Assembly: GCA_963766715.1 (NCBI GenBank)
Contig: CAVYBH010000012.1
Span: forward strand, 128,001 to 192,000
Reading direction: 5' to 3'
DNA length: 64,000 nucleotides
From: an uncultured delta proteobacterium
GTDB lineage: Bacteria > Myxococcota > Myxococcia > Myxococcales > Anaeromyxobacteraceae
The notes under the pieces are model-generated. The model ran no database searches, was not told the origin of the DNA, and worked only from the letters and a program-made list of their open reading frames with translations. The translations under genes and the position numbers were made by a program. The stretch's first letter is position 1. Each line of letters starts with the position of its first letter. Positions 44,959-54,822 of the stretch are shown here, in pieces.

Positions 44959-45585
44959 GTGGCGGAGATCACCCGGGACGTCGCCGTCGCCGCCGCCGCC
45001 CTGCGGCGCGGTGCGCTCGTGGCCTATCCCACCGAGACCTTCTACGGCCTGGGTGCACTGGCGTCGCTTCCGGAGGCGCTCGCCCGGCTCACCGCCGCCA
45101 AGCTCCGCCCGGAAGGGAAGCCGCTTCCGCTGGTGGCCTCCGCCCCGGACGTGGCCTTCGCGCTGTGGCGGGACGTCCCGCCGTCGGCGAGGCGCCTCGC
45201 GGGGGCCTTCTGGCCGGGGCCGCTCACGCTCGTCGTGGCGGCGGCGCCCGGGCTGCCGCCGGAGATCGCGCTCGGGGGAAGCGTGGGGGTGCGCGTCCCG
45301 GGCCTGCCGCTGGCCCGCGAGCTCTCCCGCCTCGCCGGAGGGGCCATCGTGTCCACCTCGGCGAACCCCTCTGGCGGGGAATCCCCCACCGCTCCCTCCG
45401 GCCTGGCCCCGGAGCTGCTCTCCCGGATCGACCTGGTCCTGGACGGCGGCCCCACCCCGGGCGGGCTGCCCAGCACCGTGGTGGAAGTCGGCCCTTTCGG
45501 CGCCCGGCTCCTCCGGACGGGGGCGGTACCCTGGGCCCAGGTCGAGGAGAGGCTCGGGGCGCCCTTGCCCTCCCGAGGCGGCTGA
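44959..45585 (+). CDS. tsaC: L-threonylcarbamoyladenylate synthase (YrdC type)
   Basis: YPTETFYGL, KLRP..KP, FWPGPLT, STSANPSG, PSTVV. Confidence 0.92.
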   Translation: MAEITRDVAVAAAALRRGALVAYPTETFYGLGALASLPEALARLTAAKLRPEGKPLPLVASAPDVAFALWRDVPPSARRLAGAFWPGPLTLVVAAAPGLPPEIALGGSVGVRVPGLPLARELSRLAGGAIVSTSANPSGGESPTAPSGLAPELLSRIDLVLDGGPTPGGLPSTVVEVGPFGARLLRTGAVPWAQVEERLGAPLPSRGG

Positions 45586-45602
45586 TCTACGGTCCCGCGC
45601 CC

Positions 45603-46934
45603 GTGCCGGTGATCGCGCCATTCCAGGGACTCCGCTACGCCGCCTCCGGCCGGGAGCTGTCGGCGCGCATCGCGCCTCCCTACGACATCATCACGCCCGC
45701 GCAGCGGGATGCCCTGGCCGCCCGGGATCCGCTCGGGATCGTCCACCTCATCCTCGACAAGCCGCTCCCCGGCGACGCTCCCGGGAGCGATCGCTACTCG
45801 CGGGCGGCCGATCGCCTCCGCGACTGGACCGCCTCGGGGATCCTGAAGCGCGACCCTCGCCCGGCGCTGTACGGGCTCGAGCAGGCCTTCGTCGCGCCCG
45901 ACGGCCGGGAGCGGATCCGGCGGGGCGTGATGGCCGCCGTCCACCTCCACGACCTGCGCGAGGGCATCGTCCGCGCCCACGAGGCCACGGTTCCCGCGAC
46001 GGTGGAGGACCGGCTGGCGCTCCTGCGCCACGTCCGGACCGACCTCTCTCCGGTGTTCGGGCTCCACGAGGATCCGCGGGGCGAGGTGGCCTCCGCGCTG
46101 GCCAGCGCGTTCCAGCGCGACCCGGTCGCCGAGGCGACGGCGGACGACGGCACGCGCCACCGCCTGTGGCGGATGGACGAGGCCTCGACCATCGCGGCCG
46201 TGCAGAAGGCGATGGCCGACCGGCGCGTCCTCATCGCCGACGGCCATCACCGCTACGCTGCGGCGCTCGCCTACCGGGACGAGCTCGATCGCGTGAAGCC
46301 GGGCCTGCCCGCCGACGGCGGCCACCGCTTCACCCTCATGTACCTGCTCGCGAAGAGCGACCCCGGCCTGGTCATCTTCCCGACCCACCGGCTGCTGCGA
46401 TCCCTGTGCGGCGTCTCGCCCGACGAGCTCGCCCGCCGGCTCACGCCCTACTTCCAGGTCGAGGCCATCGAGGAGGACATCCGGCGCCCGACCGGCCGGG
46501 CCTGGGCCATCTCCCGCCTCTCCGAGCACATGGGCAAGTCGAGCGCCTTCCTGCTCGTCACCGCGCAGGACCGCAAGGCGCGCCTGATCACCCTCCGGGA
46601 CGGCGCGGACCTCTCCGGCCTTCCGCTCCCCGCCCACGAGACGCTCCGGGCGCTCGACGCGAGCGTCCTGCAGGGCGTGGTCCTCGAGGGGGTCCTGGGA
46701 TCGGCCTCCTGCGAGCCCGCGAACCTGGCCTTCCTCCGGGACGCCGGCGAGGCGGTGACCCGCACGCTGAGTGGAGAGTACGAGGCGGCCTTCCTCCTCA
46801 ACCCGACCCCCATGTGGCAGGTGCAGGCGGTGGCCGACGCCGGGCTCACGATGCCGCAGAAGAGCACCTGGTTCCACCCCAAGATCCCGAGCGGACTCGT
46901 GCTGCGCCCGGTCGATCCGAACGGCCCGCCGTAG
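45603..46934 (+). CDS. DUF1015 family protein
   Basis: PPYDII, HEAT, IADGHHRY, PTHRL, MPQKSTWFHPK. Confidence 0.9.
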   Translation: MPVIAPFQGLRYAASGRELSARIAPPYDIITPAQRDALAARDPLGIVHLILDKPLPGDAPGSDRYSRAADRLRDWTASGILKRDPRPALYGLEQAFVAPDGRERIRRGVMAAVHLHDLREGIVRAHEATVPATVEDRLALLRHVRTDLSPVFGLHEDPRGEVASALASAFQRDPVAEATADDGTRHRLWRMDEASTIAAVQKAMADRRVLIADGHHRYAAALAYRDELDRVKPGLPADGGHRFTLMYLLAKSDPGLVIFPTHRLLRSLCGVSPDELARRLTPYFQVEAIEEDIRRPTGRAWAISRLSEHMGKSSAFLLVTAQDRKARLITLRDGADLSGLPLPAHETLRALDASVLQGVVLEGVLGSASCEPANLAFLRDAGEAVTRTLSGEYEAAFLLNPTPMWQVQAVADAGLTMPQKSTWFHPKIPSGLVLRPVDPNGPP

Positions 46935-46991
46935 GGCGAGCCGCCGCGCGCGCCCCTTTCCCACCGGTCCGGTTTGCGCTAAGAACCGCGC

Positions 46992-48220
<1,229 letters not shown>

Positions 48221-48224
<4 letters not shown>

Positions 48225-48763
48225 TGCGCGACGCGCGTCCGGAAGGTTCGCCGTACCCGAAGGCCGATCTCTGGCTGCGCGGCCTGGCCCGGGGCGTCGA
48301 CTTCCTGCTCGCCTTCGCGCTGGCCACGCTGGGCCACGAGCTGGGGGCCATCCTCGCGGTGGTCTACCTCCTGCTCGCCGACGGGTTCCTCCACGGCCAG
48401 TCGCCGGGAAAGCGGCTCTTCGGCGTGCGCGCCATGTACATCCCGCGCAAGACCCCGGCCGGTTACCGGGAGTCGATGCTGCGCAACGCCGACTTCGCTC
48501 TGGTGGCCCTCTTCTACGTCGTCCCGCTGGGGTGGATCCTGCTGCTCCTCGTCGGGCTGCCCATCATCGCCTTCGAGTCCTGGATGGTCTGGACCGACCG
48601 GCTGGGGATCCGCATCGGCGACATCTTCGCCGACACCCAGGTGGTCGACGGCAAGGTGGTGACCAAGATCGAGGTGATCGCCACCCACGCCTTCCCCATG
48701 TCTCCGGCTCCCCCGGGGCCGTCGGCGACGCGGGACATCGGAACGGCGCCGCGGGCGGCGTGA
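48221..48763 (+). CDS. RDD family membrane protein
   Basis: [27 protein letters not shown]. Confidence 0.88.
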
Positions 48764-48793
48764 CCCCCGCGTCCCGGCCGGAGCGCTGAACAG

Positions 48794-48857
48794 GTGGCGC
48801 GCCCCCCTCGCCGTGCTATACGTGTGCCGCTTTCGAAACCCCCTACACGAGGTGATC
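48794..48857 (+). promoter_or_regulatory. Promoter (GTGGCG-17 bp-TATACG, extended TG) and strong SD
   Basis: TGcTATACG at 48814-48822; GAGGTGATC at 48849-48857. Confidence 0.6.
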
Positions 48858-48860
48858 AGG

Positions 48861-48974
48861 ATGGCCCGTTCCAAGAGCAAGCACATGCGGGTGAAGAGCG
48901 CGAAGAAGCAGTCGTGGAAGGCCCGCCGCAAGCGTCAGAAGGCGGCGGCGAAGAAGACCCCCGCCAAGAAGTAG
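48861..48974 (+). CDS. 37-aa Lys/Arg-rich small protein (absent from the ORF track)
   Basis: MARSKSKHMRVKSAKKQSWKARRKRQKAAAKKTPAKK*; own promoter and SD; nearly all codons end in G/C. Confidence 0.8.
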   Translation: MARSKSKHMRVKSAKKQSWKARRKRQKAAAKKTPAKK

Positions 48975-48977
48975 CTC

Positions 48978-50330
48978 GTCCCCGCTCCCGCGAGATCCGC
49001 TCCCGCCGCGCCATCGCGGCGGCGCTGGCGGCGATCGACGGCCTGGGCGCGGGGCGCCCGCTGCGTCTCGCGCTGGCCGCGTCCCTCGCGGAGCACCCCG
49101 GCATCGGACCGAAGGAGCGGCGTCACGCCGCGGCCGCCGCCCGTGCGGTGGCTCGCTGGCTGCGCGTCGCCGACGCGGCGCTCGTCCGGGCCGGGGCCCC
49201 GAAGTCCATTCCGGCCGACCGGTCGCTCCTGCGCTACCTCGCCTGGCGTGTGGCCGTGGAGGGAGAGCCACCGGAGGCCGTGGCGCGCGATCTCCGTCTT
49301 CCCGGTCCCCGGCGGCCCCGCACCCTCTCCGACGCCGACCTCCTGGGCGTCGCGCGGGCGCTGCCTCGCCCCGGGCCGGACGGGCCGCTCGCCGTCGACG
49401 CCCAGGGGAAGCCCCTCACGCCACCGTCCGATCCGGTCGTCGCCCTCGCCTTGCGGGGCAGCGTGCCCGACGCGTTCGCTCGCCGGCTCCTCCGGGATCT
49501 CGGCCCGGCGGAGGCGGAGGCGTGCCTCCGGGCGCTCAATCGCGACGCCGGTATCGCACTTCGAGTGAATGTCGCGCGGGCCACGCGGGAGGAGGTCCGC
49601 GCGGCGCTCTCGGGCGCCGGGATCCCGGCCGCGCCGGGGGAGGGGCCCTGGTCGCTCCGGGTGGAGGATCGCGCCGGCCTCTTCGACGCTCCGGCGCTCC
49701 GCCACGGGCTGGCCGAGGTCCAGGACGAGTCGAGCCAGAGGGTGGTGGAGGTGTGCGGGGCGAGGGCCGGGGAGCGCTGGCTCGACCTCTGCGCCGGGAG
49801 CGGCGGCAAGTCGCTCGGGCTCGCGGCCGCGGGGGCGACGGTCGTCGCGTGGGACGCCGTGGCGCGCCGTCTCGGGGACCTGCCGAGGCGGTCTCGGCGG
49901 GCCGGGGCCCGGGTCGAGGTCCTGCAGGGCGGAGCCGGAAGGGGCATTCGACGGCGTGCTCGTGGATGCGCCCTGCAGCGGGTCGGGAGCGCTCGCCCGG
50001 GAACCGGACGCTCGCTGGCGCATCGACGACGCCGCGGTGGCCGGGTTCCACGCCACCCAGCGAGAGGTCCTGGAGCGCGCGGCGGGGCTCGTCCGTCCCG
50101 GCGGCGCCCTCGTCTTCGCCACCTGCTCGGTATTCCGGGAGGAAGGGGAGGACGTCGTCGACCCGTTCCTCGAGCAGCACCCCGACTTCCGCGTGGCGGT
50201 CGAGGAGCGGCGCTGGCCCCACCGGGACGCGGGAGCCGGCTTCTACCTGGCCCGGATGGAGCGGCACGCCAAGGAAGGCGGGCGTTTTCGGGGGCGAACC
50301 CGCTTGACGCGGCACGGGGCGCTGCGTTAG
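48978..50330 (+). CDS. RsmB/NOP family RNA m5C methyltransferase (start unclear, frameshift near 49925)
   Basis: VQDESSQ, DLCAGSGGK, VLVDAPCSGSG, FATCS, GFY. Confidence 0.88.
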
Positions 50331-50333
50331 AAA
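50304..50333 (+). promoter_or_regulatory. Sigma70-like promoter upstream of the small gene and tRNA
   Basis: TTGACG-18 bp-TAGAAA. Confidence 0.45.
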
Positions 50334-50390
50334 GCGCCCTCCCGTCGGGGGTCTGCAGTTCCGATCCACGCCCGCGCAGGGAGGGTTGAC

Positions 50391-50660
50391 GTGGCGCTAC
50401 GCGATTTTCTCTTCGGCATCCGCGACCGCATCGTGCAGCGGTCCCAGATCGGCAAGGAGAAGCTGGACGCCGCCTTCGCCCGCAGGGAGCTCGACCAGAG
50501 GCTTCAGGAACTGGGAGAGAGGTACTACTCGCTGGCACGCCAGGGAGTGGCGGGTGTCCCGGACGATCTCCGGAACCTCCTCGCGGAGGTGGACGCACTC
50601 GCCGCGCAGTTGCAGACGCTTCGCGAGCAGCTGAGGCGGCTCGAGGAAGAAGCGGCCTAG
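50391..50660 (+). CDS. Small coiled-coil hypothetical protein
   Basis: GGAGG RBS; helical heptads, ELGERYY. Confidence 0.7.
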   Translation: MALRDFLFGIRDRIVQRSQIGKEKLDAAFARRELDQRLQELGERYYSLARQGVAGVPDDLRNLLAEVDALAAQLQTLREQLRRLEEEAA

Positions 50661-50677
50661 ACGCCGCAGACATAGAC

Positions 50678-50753
50678 GGGCCCGTGGCGCAGCTGGGAGC
50701 GCGCCTGAATGGCATTCAGGAGGTCACCGGTTCGATCCCGGTCGGGTCCACCA
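50678..50753 (+). tRNA. tRNA-Ala(GGC)
   Basis: 76-nt cloverleaf, G3:U70 pair, anticodon loop ATGGCAT, GGTTCGATCC T-arm, encoded CCA. Confidence 0.97.
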
Positions 50754-50766
50754 AAAGGCAGAACAA

Positions 50767-50806
50767 GGTCGGGCGGTTCCGGAGCAACGGGCCGCCCGGT
50801 CTCTTT
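50767..50806 (+). terminator. Probable terminator after tRNA-Ala
   Basis: ggtcgggcggttccg-gagcaa-cgggccgcccggtc hairpin followed by tcttt. Confidence 0.6.
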
Positions 50807-50892
50807 GAGCGGGCTACTCTTCGCCTGTCGAGCGACGCCGGGCCGCGGTTTCGCTCGGAAGTTCGTCCCCGGTTGAGGCGGAGGAGAGAACC

Positions 50893-51793
50893 GTGCACGC
50901 CCTTGCGACCCTGGCTGCGCTCCTCGCGATGGCGGCGGGCGGAAGCGCACCTCCACTGCAGAGCGAGGAGACGAGAGGTGCCCTGAAGGCCTCGTTGAGC
51001 GTTCCTCGAACGGTGGACGCGGGGCCCGAGGTCGACCTCCGGATCACCCTGGTGAACGTCAGCGGCGAGCGCCAGACCTTCCGCCTCGAGGTCCCCAGCG
51101 CGTCGTTCGTCGTGAGGGGCGCCGGCGGAAGCCTCTTCTTCGCGCCGGAGTCTTGCCCGCAGGCCTGGAACTGCTCCCAGCCGGCGCTGGCGCAGTACGT
51201 GACGATGGAGCCGGGCGCGCGGAGGGAGTTCGTCGAGCACTGGAACCTGGCGTCCCGGTGCGTCCAGCCCGGCTCCTACACGGTCGTGGCGCGGCTGCGC
51301 GCCTACCAGGAGGTGCAGCCGCCCGGCACCGTGGACGCGGGGAGCTTCGAGCCGTTCGTGATGCAGGCCGACGTGCAGCTCCATCCGGGCGCCGACGGTG
51401 GCCGCTGCGTGGGGAGCGCGCCGCACGTGGAGGGGCAGGAGTTCGATTGCCCGGCGGGCGGCGGCAAGCTCGCACCCGCATACTTCGAGCTCGGGCAGGC
51501 CGTCCTGACGCCCGAGGCCATGGCGAGCCTGGGGGGCGACGCGAGCTGCATCCGCCGGCGCGGATTCGCGAAGGTCGTCATCGAGGGCAACTGCGACGAC
51601 CGCGGCTCGGAGGCGGCGAACGTCCAGCTGGGGCAGCTCCGCGCCGAGGCGGTGCAGGAAGTACCTCGTCGACCGGGGCGTCGACGCCAGGGCCATCCAG
51701 ACGGTGAACTACGGCGAGGAGCGCCCCGCCTGCACGGAGCAGACCGAGGCGTGCTGGCAGAAGAACCGTCGCGCCGACGTCGTGGCGGAGTGA
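50893..51793 (+). CDS. Exported protein with beta-rich N-domain and OmpA/Pal peptidoglycan-binding C-domain (frameshift near 51660)
   Basis: Signal peptide; IEGNCDDRGS..N.QLG..RA, then YGEERP.C...CWQKNRRAD. Confidence 0.85.
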
Positions 51794-51863
51794 GGCCACC
51801 GGCGGCCAGGTGCCGCCCGGATATGTCACGTGCGGCAGCAAGGATTTTGCTAGGGTGTCGCGC

Positions 51864-53804
51864 ATGATTCCTGGCTCCCTGCGCCCAGTTCTCGCCGGCC
51901 TCGCCCTGTTCTACGCACTTCCCACCCTCGCCTGGATCTGGCCCGAGCACCGGGACATCGCGGCGACGGCGGTGAACGATCTGCCGGCGGCGCAGCGCAA
52001 GACGCTCGACGCGATGTGGGCCGAGACCCAGCAGCTGGGCGGGAAGCAGGTCTGCACGAAGCTGGTCGACCCCGGCGCGCAGCCGGACGTGAAGTACGGA
52101 GAGTGGGAGAAGGTCTGCGTCGACTTCGCGTCCTTCCCGGCGCTGGCGGCCGACCACTCCTGCTCCGCCGACGAGCTCTGGGCCGACGTCTCCAGGGAGC
52201 TGTGGGCGGTGAAGGTGGTCTGGGTCGCGGCCCGCACCAAGGAGAAGCTCGCGACCTCCACGAGCTCCGCGCAGCACGAGGACGTCTGGAGCCTCTCGCA
52301 CCTGGCCATGCAGTACGTCGATCCCCGGTACCTGACCCGGGCCGAGGGCAACAACGCCCACTTCCTCGTCCCGCGGGCTCCGGTGCAGTCGAAGGAGGAC
52401 CTGGACACGTACCTCGACCGGGTGCTGTTGCCGGCCACCGAGATCAACGCCACCGGGCTGTACACCGAGTACCACATGCTGGCGCTGCGGCTGGCGGCGC
52501 TCTACCACGCGGCTCCGGCCGCCGAGAAGGCCGACCTGGCGCGCCGGGCGCTGGTGGCGGAAGGCGTGGCGCTGCACTTCCTGGAGGACTCCTTCTCGTC
52601 GGGCCACTACGCCGCGACCTGGGGAGGCGCGGCCTGGCAGAAGGGCACCCACGACTTCTACTCCACCATCGGGCTCACCACGATGACGTGGAAGGGAGAC
52701 CTCTTCGCGAGCCACGGCGACGCCAACATGACCGAGCAGGACATGCGGGTCGCCGCGGTGACCATCCGGCAGAGCCTGGCCCAGGTCGCCAGCGCCGCCG
52801 AGGGGCGGATGCCGCTCGCCGGCCGCGCGCTCTCTCCCGCGGAGAAGGAGATCGAGGCGCTCAACTTCTGCAAGGCGGAGCACCTGCCCCCGCCGCCGGT
52901 GGACACGGTGGCCCGGAGCGCCACGACGATGGTTCTCCAGAACAGCCCGGTCCCGGCGGGGGGCAAGGACGAGATCCATCCGCCCCGGGCTCGCGCCGAC
53001 ATGGGTCCGTTCGTCGGCGCCATCTCCGGCTACACGCTGGGAACGGCGATGGGCGGGTACGACAGCTGGGCCAACACGCGGCTCCGGTCCGAGTTCGAGA
53101 TCGGCGCCCGGCTGGGCTACGGGCTGGAAGGACTGCTGACGAGGAGCATGGACGGGCAGATGTGGGTGCAAGGAGAGCTGGTGTCGGACCCGGTCCAGCT
53201 GGACCTGGGGTGCACGACCTGCACCCCGTACCCCGCGGCCTCGTCGGGGAAGCGGACCGGCGTCTCGGTCCCGCGGGTCGGCGCCCGCTCCGCGCTGAAG
53301 CTCTCCCTGCGCATGCCCTTCTACGTGGTTCCGTTCGACCTGGTGATCCTGGCCCCCGTGCTGATGTTCACCTCCCCGCAGGCGCTGACGAGCGTGGTCT
53401 TCGCCTCGGCGGCGGGAGGGCTCCTGCCCATCGAGCGCAAGTTCGAGACCGACATCGGCACGTTCCAGTTCATGGCCGGCCGCGAGGTCGGGGTCACCCT
53501 GTGGGGGTTCACGGGCCACACGAACCAGTTCCTCTACACGCCCATCCCGGACAAGGCAGCAATCCGTGCGGTGAACTACGACTCGCTGGAGCTGGATTTC
53601 CCGATCTTCGAGTACGTGCCGCCGCGCGTCTTCGCGACCACGCTCTCCCTCGCCGCAGAGTTCCAGCTGGGCTTCAACGTCGAGATCCCGATGAACGTGG
53701 CCTTCGCCGATAACGGGCAGACGTTCAGCCTCGGACCCAGCTGGAACATCTACCTTCGCTTCCGCCTCGACGCGCGCAAGTACTTCGGCGGATCCTCCGA
53801 CTAG
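51864..53804 (+). CDS. Secreted protein with Zn-phospholipase C / P1-nuclease-like motifs
   Basis: Signal peptide ending TLA, mature N-terminus WIWPEH; ALHFLEDSFSSGH; beta-strand-rich C-terminal half. Confidence 0.65.
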   Translation: MIPGSLRPVLAGLALFYALPTLAWIWPEHRDIAATAVNDLPAAQRKTLDAMWAETQQLGGKQVCTKLVDPGAQPDVKYGEWEKVCVDFASFPALAADHSCSADELWADVSRELWAVKVVWVAARTKEKLATSTSSAQHEDVWSLSHLAMQYVDPRYLTRAEGNNAHFLVPRAPVQSKEDLDTYLDRVLLPATEINATGLYTEYHMLALRLAALYHAAPAAEKADLARRALVAEGVALHFLEDSFSSGHYAATWGGAAWQKGTHDFYSTIGLTTMTWKGDLFASHGDANMTEQDMRVAAVTIRQSLAQVASAAEGRMPLAGRALSPAEKEIEALNFCKAEHLPPPPVDTVARSATTMVLQNSPVPAGGKDEIHPPRARADMGPFVGAISGYTLGTAMGGYDSWANTRLRSEFEIGARLGYGLEGLLTRSMDGQMWVQGELVSDPVQLDLGCTTCTPYPAASSGKRTGVSVPRVGARSALKLSLRMPFYVVPFDLVILAPVLMFTSPQALTSVVFASAAGGLLPIERKFETDIGTFQFMAGREVGVTLWGFTGHTNQFLYTPIPDKAAIRAVNYDSLELDFPIFEYVPPRVFATTLSLAAEFQLGFNVEIPMNVAFADNGQTFSLGPSWNIYLRFRLDARKYFGGSSD

Positions 53805-54097
53805 GACTCTCCCACGAGGAGAGCCCACACGTCGTCGCCGGGAGCGCCTGTCTCCTCCCGCGCGTCCGCGCTCGGCTCGTCCGACAGGACCATCGGAACC
53901 GGGAACCGGCGCGCGGCGAGCAACTCGCGTGCCTGCCCGGCGTCCGCAGCGGCGACGTGCACCCAGCTTCCAGGCAGGCGACCGGCCACGACGTCCCTCA
54001 CGCACACCGGGATCCCGGCGTCGCGGAGGATGGCGATGGCCACCACGGCCGTCTCGACGGGCACGCCAGCGAGCACTTCCACGGGATTCGCATTCAC
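53801..54097 (-). CDS. Small DUF2007-like protein
   Basis: AILRDAGIP...VHV....AGQARELL pattern; alternative ATG start 54106. Confidence 0.55.
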   Translation of the reverse strand: MNANPVEVLAGVPVETAVVAIAILRDAGIPVCVRDVVAGRLPGSWVHVAAADAGQARELLAARRFPVPMVLSDEPSADAREETGAPGDDVWALLVGES

Positions 54098-54196
54098 AGG
54101 AAGCATCCTAGAAGGCGGCTGGCGGGTGCGTCTTGCGCCCACACAGGTCCCCCCGGACAGGTGGTCCCCGGGTGAAGCCCCCCGCAAGCGGCACGA

Positions 54197-54673
54197 TCAG
54201 TCCGGATTCCCGGTTCGCAGCCACATCGCGCTCTGGTCTCCCTCGTAGACGAGGGCGCCCTCCTGCTCGAACTCGAAGCGATAGCGCGCCAGGATCCGCT
54301 CGCGGCCCCGGCGAACGTGGGTCGACCAGCCCCGCAGGACGAGCGGCGCTCCGGGCCGCGCCAGGCCGTGGAAGCGCGCCGAGTGGATCCGGGCTCCGTA
54401 GCCAATCCAGCCGTCCCGGTGCCGCAGGTCGAGGATGTAGTAGGCGTGGACGAAGCCGAGCATCCCGCTCATGTGGACCAGCAGCCCTCCGTTCAGGTGC
54501 GCGGGGTGCTTCCGGGGATCGGTGCGCTGCTCCCGGGTGAGCGGCAGGTCCGCGGAGGTCGGCATCCGCGCGACGACCAGGCCGCGCTCCCGGTCCACCA
54601 CCAGGATGTCGTCCAGCAGCAGGCCGCCCGGTCCGTACGGGGAGTCGGCCACGAAGTCGGGTTCGAGAGCCAT
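54197..54673 (-). CDS. Hot-dog fold FabA/FabZ-like protein
   Basis: PYG...LLLDDILVVD, HPAHLNGGLL, IHSARFHGLARPG. Confidence 0.7.
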   Translation of the reverse strand: MALEPDFVADSPYGPGGLLLDDILVVDRERGLVVARMPTSADLPLTREQRTDPRKHPAHLNGGLLVHMSGMLGFVHAYYILDLRHRDGWIGYGARIHSARFHGLARPGAPLVLRGWSTHVRRGRERILARYRFEFEQEGALVYEGDQSAMWLRTGNPD

Positions 54674-54822
54674 GTCGTGGCTCCGGATGTTCCATCATCG
54701 ACCCGTCCGGTTGTCGAAAAAGGAACGATGGGGCCAGAAGAATCTGACGCTTCACTCCCGGACCCGAAAGGCAGTCGCGCCCTATCCAGGCGTCGGTGCA
54801 GGGGGTACGGTGGATAGATTTC

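Noticed and set aside
50657..50986. ORFs 50657-50956 and 50684-50986
   Set aside because: They overlap the tRNA-Ala gene and its terminator; spurious
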